Assembly (NCBI GenBank): GCA_951406725.2 | Contig: OX597833.1 | Coordinates: 60,884,001 to 60,948,000 of the forward strand | Length of the DNA: 64,000 nucleotides | Direction: 5' to 3' | Origin: Octopus vulgaris | Taxonomy: Eukaryota | Shown here: positions 12,409-25,631 of the stretch, in pieces | How the letters are laid out: each line of letters opens with the position of its first letter | Numbering within the stretch: position 1 is the stretch's first letter | The notes under the pieces: model-generated | What the model saw: the letters and a program-made list of their open reading frames with translations, nothing else | Told to the model about the DNA's origin: nothing | Database searches by the model: none | Made by a program: the position numbers and the translations under genes

Positions 12409-12911
12409 GATTTTAGCTTTTCTCACTGATATTTACATACTTTGCTTATATAAATATACAGTAACTAGACAGGCTTCTTTCTAGTTTCCTCTCTGAAATT
12501 CTATTCAGAGAGCATTAGTCAAGCTGATGTAGTTGAAGGCACTGGCTCTACTTAGGGTTACAAAAAAACAAACTATTTACATTCTGCAGAGAGGAAACAA
12601 CAAAATTCCTGTAGCAGAATTGAACTTGAAAACTAATGAATCATGAAGTACCACCCACTCTGCAATGCCAAACTCTCTCTTTGCAAGACATAAAAACGAA
12701 CGTTGAAGAATGGAACAGGTGGAAGAGGCTGACAACATGTCATTGTGACATGTAAACATGCAGCACCCCAGCCTCTCTCCACTGCAAACAACCATTGTTT
12801 ACCTTCATGCTGCAGATTCAAACAATTACTTGGTGCAATGTCCATCTGTTGTAGGAGATTTCAGTCCAAATATCTGATATTTTCATTTTTTTTTATTTTT
12901 AAATTGGTTAA

Positions 12912-12944
<33 letters not shown>

Positions 12945-13632
12945 GGTGGCAAGCTGGCAGAATCCTTAGCATGCTTGGTGAAATGCTTAGCGGTATTTCA
13001 TTTGTCTTCGTGTTCTGAGTTGAAATTCCGCCAACGTCAACTTTGTTTTTCATTTTTTCGGGGTTGATAAATTAAGTACCAGTGAAACACTGGGCTCAAT
13101 GTAATCGACTAGTCCCCTTCCCCAAAATTTCAGGCCTTCCTACCTATAATAGAAAGGATTATTATTATTATTATTATTGTGTAAAGTTGGAAGAATTGTT
13201 AGCATACTGGGCAAAATGCTTAGCACTATTTTGTCTGTCTTTAATGGTCTGAGTTTAAATTCTGCCATGGTTGACTTTGCTTTTCATCCTTTCGGAGTTG
13301 AGAGATTAAGTACCAGTGAAACATTGGGGTTGATGTAATCGACTAGTCCCCTCCGCCAAAATTTCAGGTCGTCTACCCTTAGTAGAAAGAATTATTATTA
13401 TTACTATTTCACTGGGGTTGACTTTGCCTTTCATTCTTTCAGGGTTGATGAAATAAGCAACAGGTATGCACTGGGGTCGATGTCATCAACTGGTTCCCTC
13501 CCACCCCAATTTCCAGCCTTGTACCTTTAGTAGAAAAGATTATTATTATTATTAACATCATCATCATCATGGCAGCAAGTTGACAGAATTATTAACACAT
13601 CAAGCAAAATGCATAACAGCATTTCTTTTAGG
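12945..13632 (+). mobile_element. Head-to-tail array of family A SINEs separated by (ATT)n
   Basis: Units at ~12945-13160, 13180-13392, 13408-13540 and a head at 13570-13632; all complete units end GAAAGRATTATTATT. Confidence 0.82.
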
Positions 13633-13977
13633 CCTAGTTCAAGCACCACCCACAACTACGAACTCGTGTGACTACTTCAAGCCATTGAGGAAGTCTCTTT
13701 GTGGGTGTTTGATCTTCTAGAAATAGCAGTCAAATCAACCTCAAAGAACACCCAACCGTCTTAAAAGGACATATAGGTTTGCATGTACATAATATCAAAA
13801 CAAAAAGACATAGCGAAACGCTTTTGATCGTACGTCTGCTTAAACGACTGTTAATGTTTATTTTATTGACTAAACAATATAAATTATGTTGGAGTTGATG
13901 TAGTGTTTTAGATTGGTTCCAGCCATTGCACTAGGGCCAAGCTGGGACAATATATTTTCATAGATATGGTCAGTGAT

Positions 13978-14310
13978 ATTAGTTTCAAATTTTGATATGA
14001 GGCCAGCAATTTTCAAGGGAGGGGGCTAGTTGATTACATCAACCCTAGAGTTGTGTTCATTTTATCGACCCTGAAAGGATGGAAAACAAAGTTGACCTTG
14101 GGAAAATTTGAACTCCGAACGTAAAGACAGACAAATGCTACAAAGCATTTTACCTGTTGATGACCCAACTACTTGTACGCAGGTACCTATTAACCTTAAA
14201 AGGATGATCTGCAAAAGTTGACCTGGGTAAGATTTGAACTCAGAATGTTAAGGCATACTCACCAAATGTTTTTGTCGTATGCTCTACCAATTCTCATTAC
14301 CCCTAACTCC
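13978..14310 (-). mobile_element. Family A SINE plus a second partial copy
   Basis: ttatcgaccctgaaaggatgg...tttgaactcc; core repeated at ~14190-14250. Confidence 0.65.
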
Positions 14311-14460
14311 ATTTTTTAATGTTTTGAACTGCTTCTTCTAACTTTGCAATGTATTCTTCAAATCAACTGGTTCAGATTGTACCCCTTCACCCAATATTCT
14401 GTAGGGTACACAGTGGAATCACACACACTTAGTGTATCTACTTTTCACTGGGAGTTTAAG

Positions 14461-14810
14461 GGTAAAAGGATAAAGATCCCCTTTGGTCATACATGACCAT
14501 GAGATTGCACTTGGAAAGTTACCCTCCAAGGAACAAGTCTGGGCAAGCTTGTTTATGGGAGACCAACAGTCACCTATGCATACCAGCTGCCCCCTCTCCA
14601 TACCACTCATGTTATCTAAGGGAAAGGTAAGGGCCGATACAGTTTGGCACTAGTGACATTGCGACTCATTTCTACAGATGAGTGATCTGTATCAACATGA
14701 AATAAAGTGTCTTGCTCAAGAACACAACACAACACACATCCCAGTCTGGGAATGGAACACACTACCTCATAATTGTCCAACACTCTAACCACTGAACCAT
14801 GTGCCTTCAC
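14461..14810 (-). mobile_element. SINE family C
   Basis: Reverse complement of 2753-3099; degenerate TSD ctgggagttta / caggaagttta. Confidence 0.8.
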
Positions 14811-14914
14811 CAGGAAGTTTACTACATAAGAAAAAGGTTTTAATGATCACCCAACTTCCTAGAAATATCTACTTGATAATGTTTCTGGAAAATAACATTT
14901 CTGCTTATTCATTC

Positions 14915-15190
14915 ATCATGTCCACTTTTCCATGTTTGCATGGGTTGGACTGAGTTTATTGTGGCAGATTTTTTGTGGTTAAATGCCCTTCTTGTCCCCA
15001 ACAGTCACCTATTTCAAGCAAGGTAATATTTTCCCTATGGCCAGACATATGTTCGCAGAATATTGGAAATGAATGACATTACTTGTATGACAGTGACACT
15101 CATTTATAATCATGTGATGTCAAAACAAGGAGTCAAATACACACGCACTCACATATACGACAGGCTTCTTTCAGTTTCTGTCAACAAACC
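14915..15190 (-). mobile_element. SINE family B2 (B head, RTE-like tail)
   Basis: tccacttttccatgtttgcatgggttggac...ggcagattttt...aatattttccctatggccagacat...caggcttctttcagtttc. Confidence 0.65.
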
Positions 15191-15326
15191 CATATGGTGG
15201 GAAGCAAACTATGTGTGCATGTATATATAAATATATATACATATATATATGTGTGAAATTTGATTTAGTATTTCTAAATTGAATTTTTCCCTGTAAGGAG
15301 TAATATTCCCTCAAATAATTATTATA

Positions 15327-15365
<39 letters not shown>

Positions 15366-15897
15366 CATATATGCGTACATACATGTATGTTTATATGTAT
15401 GTAGATATATCATCATTTAATGTTTGTTTTCGATGCTGGTATGAGTTGGTCAGTTTGACAAATCTAGTGAAAGGTAAGACTGCATTGAATAGGTGTGTGT
15501 GTGTATACATATATATAAGTGTATGTATATATAATTTATGATTTTGTTTAGGTATAGTGATAGAAGTAATCACTTATTAGAACTCAATACATGCTTTAGA
15601 GTAAAGCATTAAGCAAGTACAGAGCATAAACTTAATGACTTGGGAATATGAATCATATAGTCAACTTCATTACCGTACAGTTGTTTCTGCTATAATATGT
15701 AATGTACCCAGAGCTGAGTGCTTGTGCAACACCCTGTAGCTTCGTCAGAGACATTTTAATGGCTCCAAAGTTGCTGTAGGATGTTGCATGAAAGTGATTA
15801 CACGATTCCTATTCTCTTGTCACTCATTAATACACACACACACACATTCACACACACACACACACACCCACACGCACACATATATATATATATATCA

Positions 15898-16040
15898 CCA
15901 TCATTGTTTAACATTCGACTTCCATGCATGCATGGGTAGGATGGTTAACAGGCGATGGCCAAGTAGAAGACAGCTTCAGACTAGTGTCTGTTTTGGCAGG
16001 GTTTTTACAGCTGGATGCCCTTCCTAGCACCAACCACTCC
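15898..16040 (-). mobile_element. Family D repeat
   Basis: ttccatgcatgcatgggtaggatgg...tacagctggatgcccttcctagcaccaaccactc. Confidence 0.7.
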
Positions 16041-18246
16041 TCAGAGGGAGCTCAGTGCTAATTTTGATTTCTTTTTTTTTTTCTGTTTTCTTTTATTTGT
16101 TGGCCTTTTTTTCACCTTGTTTCCTTTTCTTTTTTTTTTTTCTTTGCTTCAGTCTAAAGATTTAAATCAGGTTCAAACATTTCACCGAGATGTTAGATTT
16201 AAATAGTTTTAAAAATATATTTGTCAGCTTTTGTTTTTCACTTATTATTATTATTATTATTAAAATGTAGTTACTTTGGGCGTGTCTTGAAATGAATAAA
16301 ACAAGGCAAAGGGACCAAAACTAGAGCCTCAATGATAATATCAAATTTGTGATGTCATTTAGAATTTCGTAGCAAGCATAAACTTCCACAGATAACGAAT
16401 GTTTCATTAATTAACCTCTTTTCGTTTCTTTTTTTTTTTTTTTTTGGTCATATTTTGTTTCCTTGAAATCCTTAAAACATAGGAGTCCTGTCTTGTTGGT
16501 CTGTCTAACTTATCACAATAGATATTAAAACATGGGAAGGATTCTACTAATGAGGAGGACAATCACTTTGAATAATAATGGAATTGGTACAACAAAGGTG
16601 ATTATTTGATTATCTTTGAAATTGTGGTGTGTGTGATGGAAGAAGGAGGTCTTTGAAGATCATTAGAATGATGTCATCATATCTGCCTTTCACCCTCCTT
16701 TCGCTCCCTTCTTCCCTCTTTCTCTCTCTCTCAGATCTGGCAGTGGGGTGGGGGAGAGGATGACAGCTTTCGCTGCTTGCTAGAAGAGAGGAGCTGCCAG
16801 AATGGAGAAAGAAGTGGGATGATGTGTGTCAGTGTAGAGGGAGTGTAAATGTGTATTTCTGAGGCTCAGTTTTAAACTCCCCAACTTCATATAAAACTGT
16901 CCCCCCCCCTCCTCTCCCCCTCCCGTTGCACTAATTGTCAATGGGTGTTCGGTTGGGGTGTGGCCGCTCCGTTGGGGGGAGGAAGGGGGGGCTGTTGTTG
17001 TTTAGTATTGATCTCCACTTTTATGTTGTTTGTTATTCGAGTAAAGCCAACTAGAATATTCCAGGAACCATTTCATTATTCAACATAGCATCTATTCTAT
17101 CCTTCAACAACCTCCACCGGCTTACAACACACCCATTCTCCCTCTTCTTCATGAAGAAGCATATTAATTTTTATCTTGTTTTTCCTCTTTCTTCTCTGTC
17201 TGTCTGTCTGCCTGTCTGTTAGGAATGGTATGGCAACAGCAGAAGAGAGTAACTCCTTTCTCCAGTTGTTATTTCCTATATGAAATACCTCACTGATTAC
17301 ATTATTATCTCTGTTGTAGCCGTGTTGTTGTTTCTTCTAGATTCCATTTTCTAACTTTTTTTCATTCTTTACTTAGCAAAACTTTTAACTCTCTTCTCGC
17401 AGAACTCCTGTTAAAAAAACTTTATTTAAATTTAAAAACTCCACAACTGAATTGTCATACCGATCGAGAGTAAATGTTGTAAAAAGTAGTTTTTCTCACA
17501 TATGAATAAATAAATAAATAAATATGGCGGTGCCCCAGCATGGCCACAGCCCGTGAGCTGAAACTAGATAAAATAAAAATAAAAAAAATAAAAAATGCAT
17601 ATCCGGTTTGTTTTGGTTTGTTGGTCCCTAATATTGGGATAATCTTTTCAGAAACTGGGGGAGGGGTGGGGTGGGGCTCGTAATTTATTTCTCTTTTACA
17701 TGTGCCAAGCTACAGCTCATCAGCAAAATAGATTTCACTTTATTTGCATATAAGTCATTGAACAGAAATTCATTTCATTTTGAGATGATCCAAGTATGGA
17801 GGATTGATATGCCACAATAATGGTGAAATATTGGGTTTTTATACCATTCTCTTTATCTGAAGCAAATTGTCTTGCCTGATCTGTGACATTTAGTGTTCTT
17901 TAACACTTAGTGTCATGTATGGACACTGTCCTGCAAAATTTGGCTTACATACAAAATATACACTATGTATGTGCGACTAAATAATTGGCAAACTGCAGTT
18001 CACAGAACTTTCTGGATGTTGTGCCTAACAGAAAATTACCTTAAATTTTTTGAGTAATGTCGTGGCTTGATGATGTGCTGCATATCATGCAACCCACATG
18101 TTGTATGTTTTATATTTACATATATATATATATATATAAATATATATCTATTTGTAAAAATGGTAAGATAACAAAAGAAAGAAAGAGACCTCAATATTAT
18201 GTAAATAGAGGAATTTATCTGTAAAATATTATGCGACAAATAATAT

Positions 18247-18316
18247 GCCAAGATAAAACTCTGAGTTTCGGATGCCGGGGTGGAAGTCCACACCACCATC
18301 TCTTCGGTTATCTGGC
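18247..18316 (-). ncRNA. Type I hammerhead ribozyme-like motif (Penelope-type)
   Basis: Minus strand: GCCAGAUAA-CCGAAGA-[stem II GAUG...CAUC, ~11 bp]-C-GAAA-CUC.A.GAG-U-U-UUAUCUUGGC. Stem I is 9 bp with one bulge; the core equals CUGANGA except U4C. Confidence 0.7.
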
Positions 18317-19293
18317 CATCTCAATCCATATTCAATCCCCTCTTCTACAATATGAATTAAGATACTATTGACTGATAACGTAGTGTCTAGAGCAGTAGTT
18401 CTCAATCAATTTTGCCTATGGACCCTTTGATTCCTATTTTACTCAGATGGGCCCCTATAGCCATTCGATGTATATTTAAAAAATCCTACTATATATATAT
18501 ATATTCAAATTTGAATTAGAAGTATTGTGGGTGTTGTAAACATTATCGAACACAAATTGTTTTGAAGGATTTTTTGCATTTTGCATTAATGCAGGCTTAT
18601 AAGTAATTTATTATTAAATATAATATAAATTATTTTACATGTTTTTAAGTTACGAAACAATTTGTTGTGATATTAAAATTTTTTATTGTTAAATAAAATT
18701 TCATCAAATTATTTCTCTCTCATTTATGACTTATATATATATAACATAGCTGTCACACACAAATGAATATGGTTTGGTAACATGTACCTCACGCTAATTG
18801 TTTTAGGTACCATGTAATTACAAGTAGGCATAGACTTCCCTTCGGCTTCCCACTCTTGACCCAGCCAAACCTGCAGAATGTAACTGTTGCAGCAACACTT
18901 GGCCAGTACTTATTTAATTGCTAAGTAGACAGGGGCAATGTAAAATGAAGTGCTTTGCTCAAGGCTACAAAATGCCACCTGATCCAGGAATGGATGAGCT
19001 TCTGATAATGAGTTAACACTGTAACCACTAGGGACATGTGTTTCCACAGACACACACAGATATTATATAATATTTAAAATATATGGTACTTGATAGTTTA
19101 TATAAAGGGGTTTCTCACCCTTGGTCTATTTAGTGGCTTTTATAAGGGAGTTTCTCACATTGTTGTAACCTGATAAAGTGTGTTGGGTTGTTATACGTTG
19201 TTACAGTTAATGTGCAGGCTTTTAAGGGATACTCAATCCCCTCTTCTACAATATGAATTAAGATACTATTGACTGATAACGTAGTGTCTAGAG

Positions 19294-19548
19294 CAGTGGT
19301 TCTTAATCAATTTTGCCTATGAACCCTTTTATTCCTATCTTTACTCAGATGGGCCCCTATAGCCATTCGATGTATATTTAAAAAATCCTACTATATATTT
19401 ATAATTAAATATTATTAAGAATTGTATAAAAGAAATTAAAATATTTTGTGTATTGTAGAGGTATAAGCAATTTATTGCATGTAAATTTTAACAACAAAAT
19501 CTTATATGGACCCCCAAAGGCCATGTGGACCCTTGTTGAAAACCACAG
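19294..19548. mobile_element. MITE family H (hAT/Charlie-like)
   Basis: TIR CAGTGGTTCTTAAT / GTTGAAAACCACAG; 8-bp TSD GTCTAGAG / GTTTAGAG. Confidence 0.82.
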
Positions 19549-20060
19549 GTTTAGAGAAAGAAGTACCCATGGCTCTTTTCAGGGTTTTTGAGACTGGCAA
19601 GAAGAAAGAAAACCTGGTTTGAATATTTACATTAGGGTAAACCCTGTAAATATATTCAAGGAATAGGTGGTGATGTTGAACTTGACCAGGATGGATTAAG
19701 TCTACAACCAAGAACCCAGACGGTTCCTCTTATGAACTTCCATACAATTTTTGTTTACCAAATTTCAAGTCTGTGCTTCACTTGTGGATTTGGTAGAAGA
19801 AACTTGCTCAAGGCTCTACTCACATGATGTGAAACCTTACCCATTTTAGTTTCATGTAAGAACCTTTCTTCCATTCATGTTCTAAATACCAGGTTAATAA
19901 TGACAAAGTTGGTTAGTTTATTACAATTCCTCCAAATTCCTGATTATTCTACATAATTAATATACATTGTGTTTCTTTCGAAATATGGTTATAGAAGGTT
20001 AATCTAATTAAGTCTTAAATGTTGATCTCCAAAATGCTTAGTATTTTTCATTATGCTTAG

Positions 20061-20097
<37 letters not shown>

Positions 20098-20369
20098 TTA
20101 CGGACTCCTAGAAACAGTTGATGTCATAGATTGCTTTTAATTAGTCATTAGTAACTGAGTCTGTTGATCACAGGTTTTACTTCTTTCCGTTTAAATGATT
20201 ATACAACCAAGTAATATATACAGATAATAGATACAGACATCTGATCATGTCTTAAATACAAAAACTCACAAATAAGGAAAGGACTAAAACCTATAATCAA
20301 CACTCAGCTATTAATGATTCTAATTAAAAACAATCTATGTCATCAGTTGTTTCTAGGAGTCTGTAATTT

Positions 20370-20471
20370 GTATATATGTATTACATAGTTGTATATGTAA
20401 GTATATAGTACATGGTTGTATATATATCTGTATATAATGTATATATATTGTTGTATATATGTATATATATA

Positions 20472-20503
<32 letters not shown>

Positions 20504-20680
20504 CACATACATACATATATATGTATATAGTTGTGTCTGTATAATATATAAATATATATATTACATGTTTGTATGTGTATATACATATGTTACATGGTTT
20601 TATATATTTATGTATTATATAGTGGTATACACTTATGTATTACATGGTTAAATATATACATCTAATACATAGTTAGATAT
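20370..20680. repeat. TA/TG-rich low-complexity microsatellite
   Basis: Degenerate (TA)n/(TG)n with recurring tacatggtt. Confidence 0.8.
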
Positions 20681-21169
20681 CTATGCCCAGATGTCTGTTT
20701 ATATGTTGTATCTGTGACATGTCCAGATGTTCGAATCTCCAGATGTTGTTATAGGACCAGATGTCTAATTACAAAATATGTTTCTAATAATCCCTGTTAC
20801 ATGTAACTTGTAAAGACAAGAAATAGAATAAGTTTATGCCCTGCACACACTCTGCCTCTCCCCTCACAATTTATCTTCCTTACACCTCCGCCCACTACCC
20901 TGTGTGCATTACTCACTGAATTCCCCTCCCCTTTGCCTCCCACTCTCCTTTTGCACTCATGCGAACTTACCTGACCACTAACCGTATCCAGTCCTCTCCC
21001 ATTCACTTGTTACTTGAAGGTATGCTCCAACAGCTCTTTCTCTTTTTATAACTGGGTCAGCCATGTATCTCCTCTATACTTCGAGATACCTGTTTCTGTC
21101 CTATCATACACTAACCTCATCACCTGGCACAAAGCCACCCCCAACCCAATGCTAATACCCTCCTCCACC

Positions 21170-21395
21170 AGTTGAGCGATCTTGTCTTGCAAGTTACTTG
21201 GTGACCTTACTGGTGCTGTTGCTACATAAAAACCACTCAGAACACACTGTAAAGTGGTTGGCATAAGGAATGGTATCCAGCCATAGAAACCATGCCAAAG
21301 CTGACAGCAGAGCTTGGCACATTCTCCTGGCTCACTAGCTCCTGTCGAACCATTCAGCTTGTACCAGAAGCAGACATTAAATGATGATGATGATT
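21170..21395 (+). mobile_element. Family D repeat, long form with (GAT)n tail
   Basis: aagttacttggtgacc...ctgtaaagtggttggcataaggaatggtatccagcc...cattaaatgatgatgat. Confidence 0.65.
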
Positions 21396-23029
21396 ATTTT
21401 AACTACAGAAAATATAACTTATTGCTGATTGAGATTATCTACATTTTAAAGTTTATGTAAGGCCTCCCCACATCACTCATCTTCTTTCTCTGACACTGGT
21501 CAAGCAGGCCTGTGTTGTTATCTTTTTCTTCCCTCCTGTCTCTCACCATCTCCATCTCCATATTTCACCCACTCCTTATTTTATTCCTGTTTCCATTGTT
21601 GAACCAATTTGTTCTTTCAATTCACTTTACATTTCTACAAACCACTATGAACTTTTAGGTTTGTAACTTAGTTTCTAACCTGAGCAAAAAGCCTGAAACT
21701 TAGGAGCAGGGGTTTAGTCCATTACTCTGTATCAATCCTCAGGGGAGGGAAAGACAAAGTTTAGGTTGAGGTTAACAGGGATTGAACTTGATATTTCTGC
21801 TTAACTTCATAATTGTCCACAGTTTGTTTCTTAGAACCCTTCATTTTCTTATCTTCTCCCCAGCATTTTCTACCAAATTTCACTTACAAGGCTTTGACAA
21901 TAAATACTCACCCAAGGTTATCTGCAGTACAATTGAAACTGAATCCATGTAGTTGTGAAGCAAATTTTTTAACCAAGCAGTTATACTTACACCTATAAAT
22001 ACAGGTTTAATTTCTAGTTTTACCGGTCTTTTTAGACTGCGTGTACTTACCACCACCACCACCACCACCTTTACTGACCATGTATGATTGACATTCTAGC
22101 AGAACTCTATGGTCAAGTGTAGTAATGTTATATAGGTGACCACCCCCAAGCTAGAACATTCAGTAGACCACTCCTCAGTTAACCGGGACAGCTTTCCTTG
22201 CAGATTGAGGCCAATATATTTATGTCACTGACACAAATGTAACATGAACCAAGAAGTAAACCTCTGTTGTGGTTACTTGACATGCTAAAAATAACAACCA
22301 AATCTGTCATCACAAACGCTGTCTTAAAAAAAAGTCACCATGGATAATGTAACAACCTAACACATACACACACACACATAAAATTATAGGGCAGTCATGT
22401 CTGGAATAACTTTTGCTCATAAGTCTGCTCAGTCAGAGCTGACCTAAGCCAAAGAACAACAAGGATTTTTCTACTCTTCATCTCCCTTTGTTAAAAACAC
22501 AAGGACCCTTGTGCCAAACCAACAGGAATCAATATTGACTGTTTTGTGTGTTATTTAAAGAGAATCTCTTTGTCCTGAGAACACAAAGTTCCTCACAAAC
22601 ACCAGTCATTATCATCGATACGTTGATATATTATATATACCAACTATAGAGAGCAGTCACCGTATTTCAGTCCATATTGGCTACCTCTGATGAGCATAGG
22701 GTTATATGATCAGATTGTTACCTAACGCTCCATTGTACCCCTAGCACGAAACCAAGATCAGCTGTGATGGATATATAATATTCTACACTTTGGATAATTA
22801 TATATACTCATCTGTGTCATACTTAATGTATGTATATATATATTGGTGACGGGCATGATACTGCAGTTTATATCTGAGATAAAATATAAAACTGTTAACA
22901 GGCAGTCATGGATTCTGAGCGTTTGTTCAATATACTAGAGATACAAATAGGGAGCCTTTACATGCTCATTGCTTGATCTCTAGAAATATCAACCAAATTT
23001 ACGTCTAAAACTGTACCCTACTGTCTTGG

Positions 23030-23250
23030 CCCTTTAGCATTTAAACTGACTATATCCAGCCAAAATAGTCTCCCTGTTTTGTGTTCAAACTGTCTAGATC
23101 TAGCTTCTCACACCAACCCTACAATATTATTCTAGAAATTAAGTTACCTCGTTAAAATCTCAAAGCTACGAAATAATGAATTATTAATTCAAAAAAGCAA
23201 TGTGAATAAACAAACAATACTTTTGATGGGATAATGTGAATGCTAAAGGA
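23030..23250. mobile_element. MITE family F inserted in a family G repeat
   Basis: CCCTTTAGCATT ... AATGCTAAAGGA|TTAA; family G sequence flanks both sides (22950-23029 and 23255-23392). Confidence 0.75.
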
Positions 23251-23694
23251 TTAAAAGATGGAGGGACACGTCGCATCTAACGATGTAATCTTAGATTTAC
23301 TATGTCTGAGTAAAAGATGAGATGGTTACTGTTAAAACATCTTTGGTACGTGTGCTTCACTCAGGGGCTGATCTAAGACTAGACAACAAGGAACCCTATC
23401 ATTTCATTCTCAGTATTCACTTAAATACTGTGAATATTATCATAGGTAATTACAGGTAACTGTTGGGTAGAATAGGATTTTATTTATTGTTAATTATTAC
23501 TATTGTTGGTGTTGTTAGTGTTCTGACTTTTTTTATTTATGAGATCAAATCCTGCCAGGGTTGACTTTGTTGTTCACCCACTCCAAGGTCAAATTCTGTA
23601 CTATTTTACATAAATAATTAAAATAAAATGAAATGATGACTTGACTAGCCCCATCACCTCAGAATTACTTATTTTATCCCTAAACTAGAAAAAT

Positions 23695-23810
23695 TATTAT
23701 TAACATTAATTATTATTATTATTATTATTATTATTTTTATTTTTATTATTAACATTATTATTATTATTTTTATTATTATTATTTTTATTATTATTATTAT
23801 TATTATTATT
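23695..23810. repeat. (ATT)n microsatellite at a SINE A tail
   Basis: Direct observation. Confidence 0.9.
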
Positions 23811-25262
23811 GGCTTTGAGCCTAAATTAGAAATTATTATCACATTGTTTTTATTATTTTTGTTGCCTGTATGCTGGAGTTACTTGAAGGTTTTTAACCTG
23901 TTACATATGACAAGAATTTTGCTATGCTATATATACATACACACACACACACATGAAAAAAGAATACTCTATAATAGTAAAGTGTGTGTGTGGTGGGAGA
24001 AGAGAGGGTGGAATATCAGATTCCATTGAAAACTGAAAACTTCACAAATCATTTTGTCTGAGTTTCATATTTACCAATCTTTAGTTGCAAAAAAAATTTT
24101 CATCTCAGTATTCAAAACAGGAAACTCAGAGTATCAATTTTTGAAGTTTTCGGTTGCCAATAACATCTTGTTTATGTGCATATATTTATATGGTGCATCA
24201 GCATGGCCGCAGCTCTGAGCTGAAACTAGAAAAAAAAAAATATATATATATATAAAGCTGAGATTTCATTGTTGCTACTCTGAGGTTTTCCATTACTGTC
24301 ATGTTCTTCTTGGCAAGTAATTCTTTATTTTAGCTTTTGTTTTTCTTTTCTTTTTTCCACCGAGGATTTAGTCTGAAGGTGAAGGACAATCAGTACTCAT
24401 GACTTTTATTTTTTTTCTTCTTCTTGCTCAGGTCCTCTGTGATCTGAACTGAATGCTTGCAATGGAATGAACATGGCTAAGGGTAGCCAAGGGTACCCAG
24501 CTGGATGTGTTAAACTGGGTGAAGGATTAGAGCAAGCTTTCAAGCATTTGTTTGAAGGATGCCATGTGTGTGTGTGTGTGTGATACATGCTGTTCATAGC
24601 ATTTTTATTATTTCTTTACATGCTGAGTTTGGAAGAAGGTGGAGTGATGGAGAATTGAGTGGTGGGAGTCTAAGACCAACCAGCTCTGAGGAACAGAGGC
24701 CATTACAGTAGTGATAAAAAAGACAAAAAGAGGAGACAAGACACCTGTGGGGACAGAGGCTGGAGCATGTCCATTAGTGATGGCATGTCATTGGCAAGAT
24801 GCAATCTGAGATGACAGTATGCACAGCTGTGCTGTCCCAGATGTGGACAGCACTATTTCATTGTTGACCTGCCCATTGAACCTTTGTAAAAATGTTAGCA
24901 GTTTTGAGGGCTGAAATACTTTTTGGCCCTATAGAGAAGGGTTGCTCTTTGGAATGTAATCTCATATATATGAGAGATGCTCTTTTGTCAGAAGAAATAC
25001 CCAGTGATCATAAGGCCTGGTATTTGGCTCTAGCTGATGAGTGTAAGTGAAATGACAAAAAGGTTTGCATGTTGTTGATGTTAGGAGTCGAACAAGTCTG
25101 AAGTTAGTCAAGGTGGTAGCTTGGAGTGGATTACTATTATGGTAGAAACTTAAATGTTTTTGCAACCGTCTTGAAGAATGGACGAGAATGTAGTGATGGA
25201 ACGAAACCTCACTTTTAAGTATGGAATACTTTTTGTTACTCTCTTGTATACCTAAATGTTTG

Positions 25263-25308
<46 letters not shown>

Positions 25309-25631
25309 GTAGTGAGTTCCATAGCTGAGTGGTCCACTAAGGACTTCACCTTTGCATTGTGTATTCAAACTGAAGTCAACTTGACACAACCCATCCCTCT
25401 TCATAACGTGGAGGAGGAGGAGGCTGATGAGGAGGCCTTCTTGTTGCAAATTATTGAAAACATTACAATTTTACAGTACTGTGCATTTCTATTTACAACT
25501 AATTAGATTAGTTCATTGTCTTCTTGTCCACAGTCACAAGATGCTGAACTAATAATGAAATATGAACTGCCAACCATTTTACTGGCTTGTCTGTTACCTC
25601 CTCGACCCATCAATTCTGTCTTCATCATCTG

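Noticed and set aside
16483-16600. Possible first coding exon MGRILLMRRTITLNNNGIGTTK with an AAG|GTGATT donor
   Set aside because: No recognisable homology, weak splice signals and no downstream partner exon identified.
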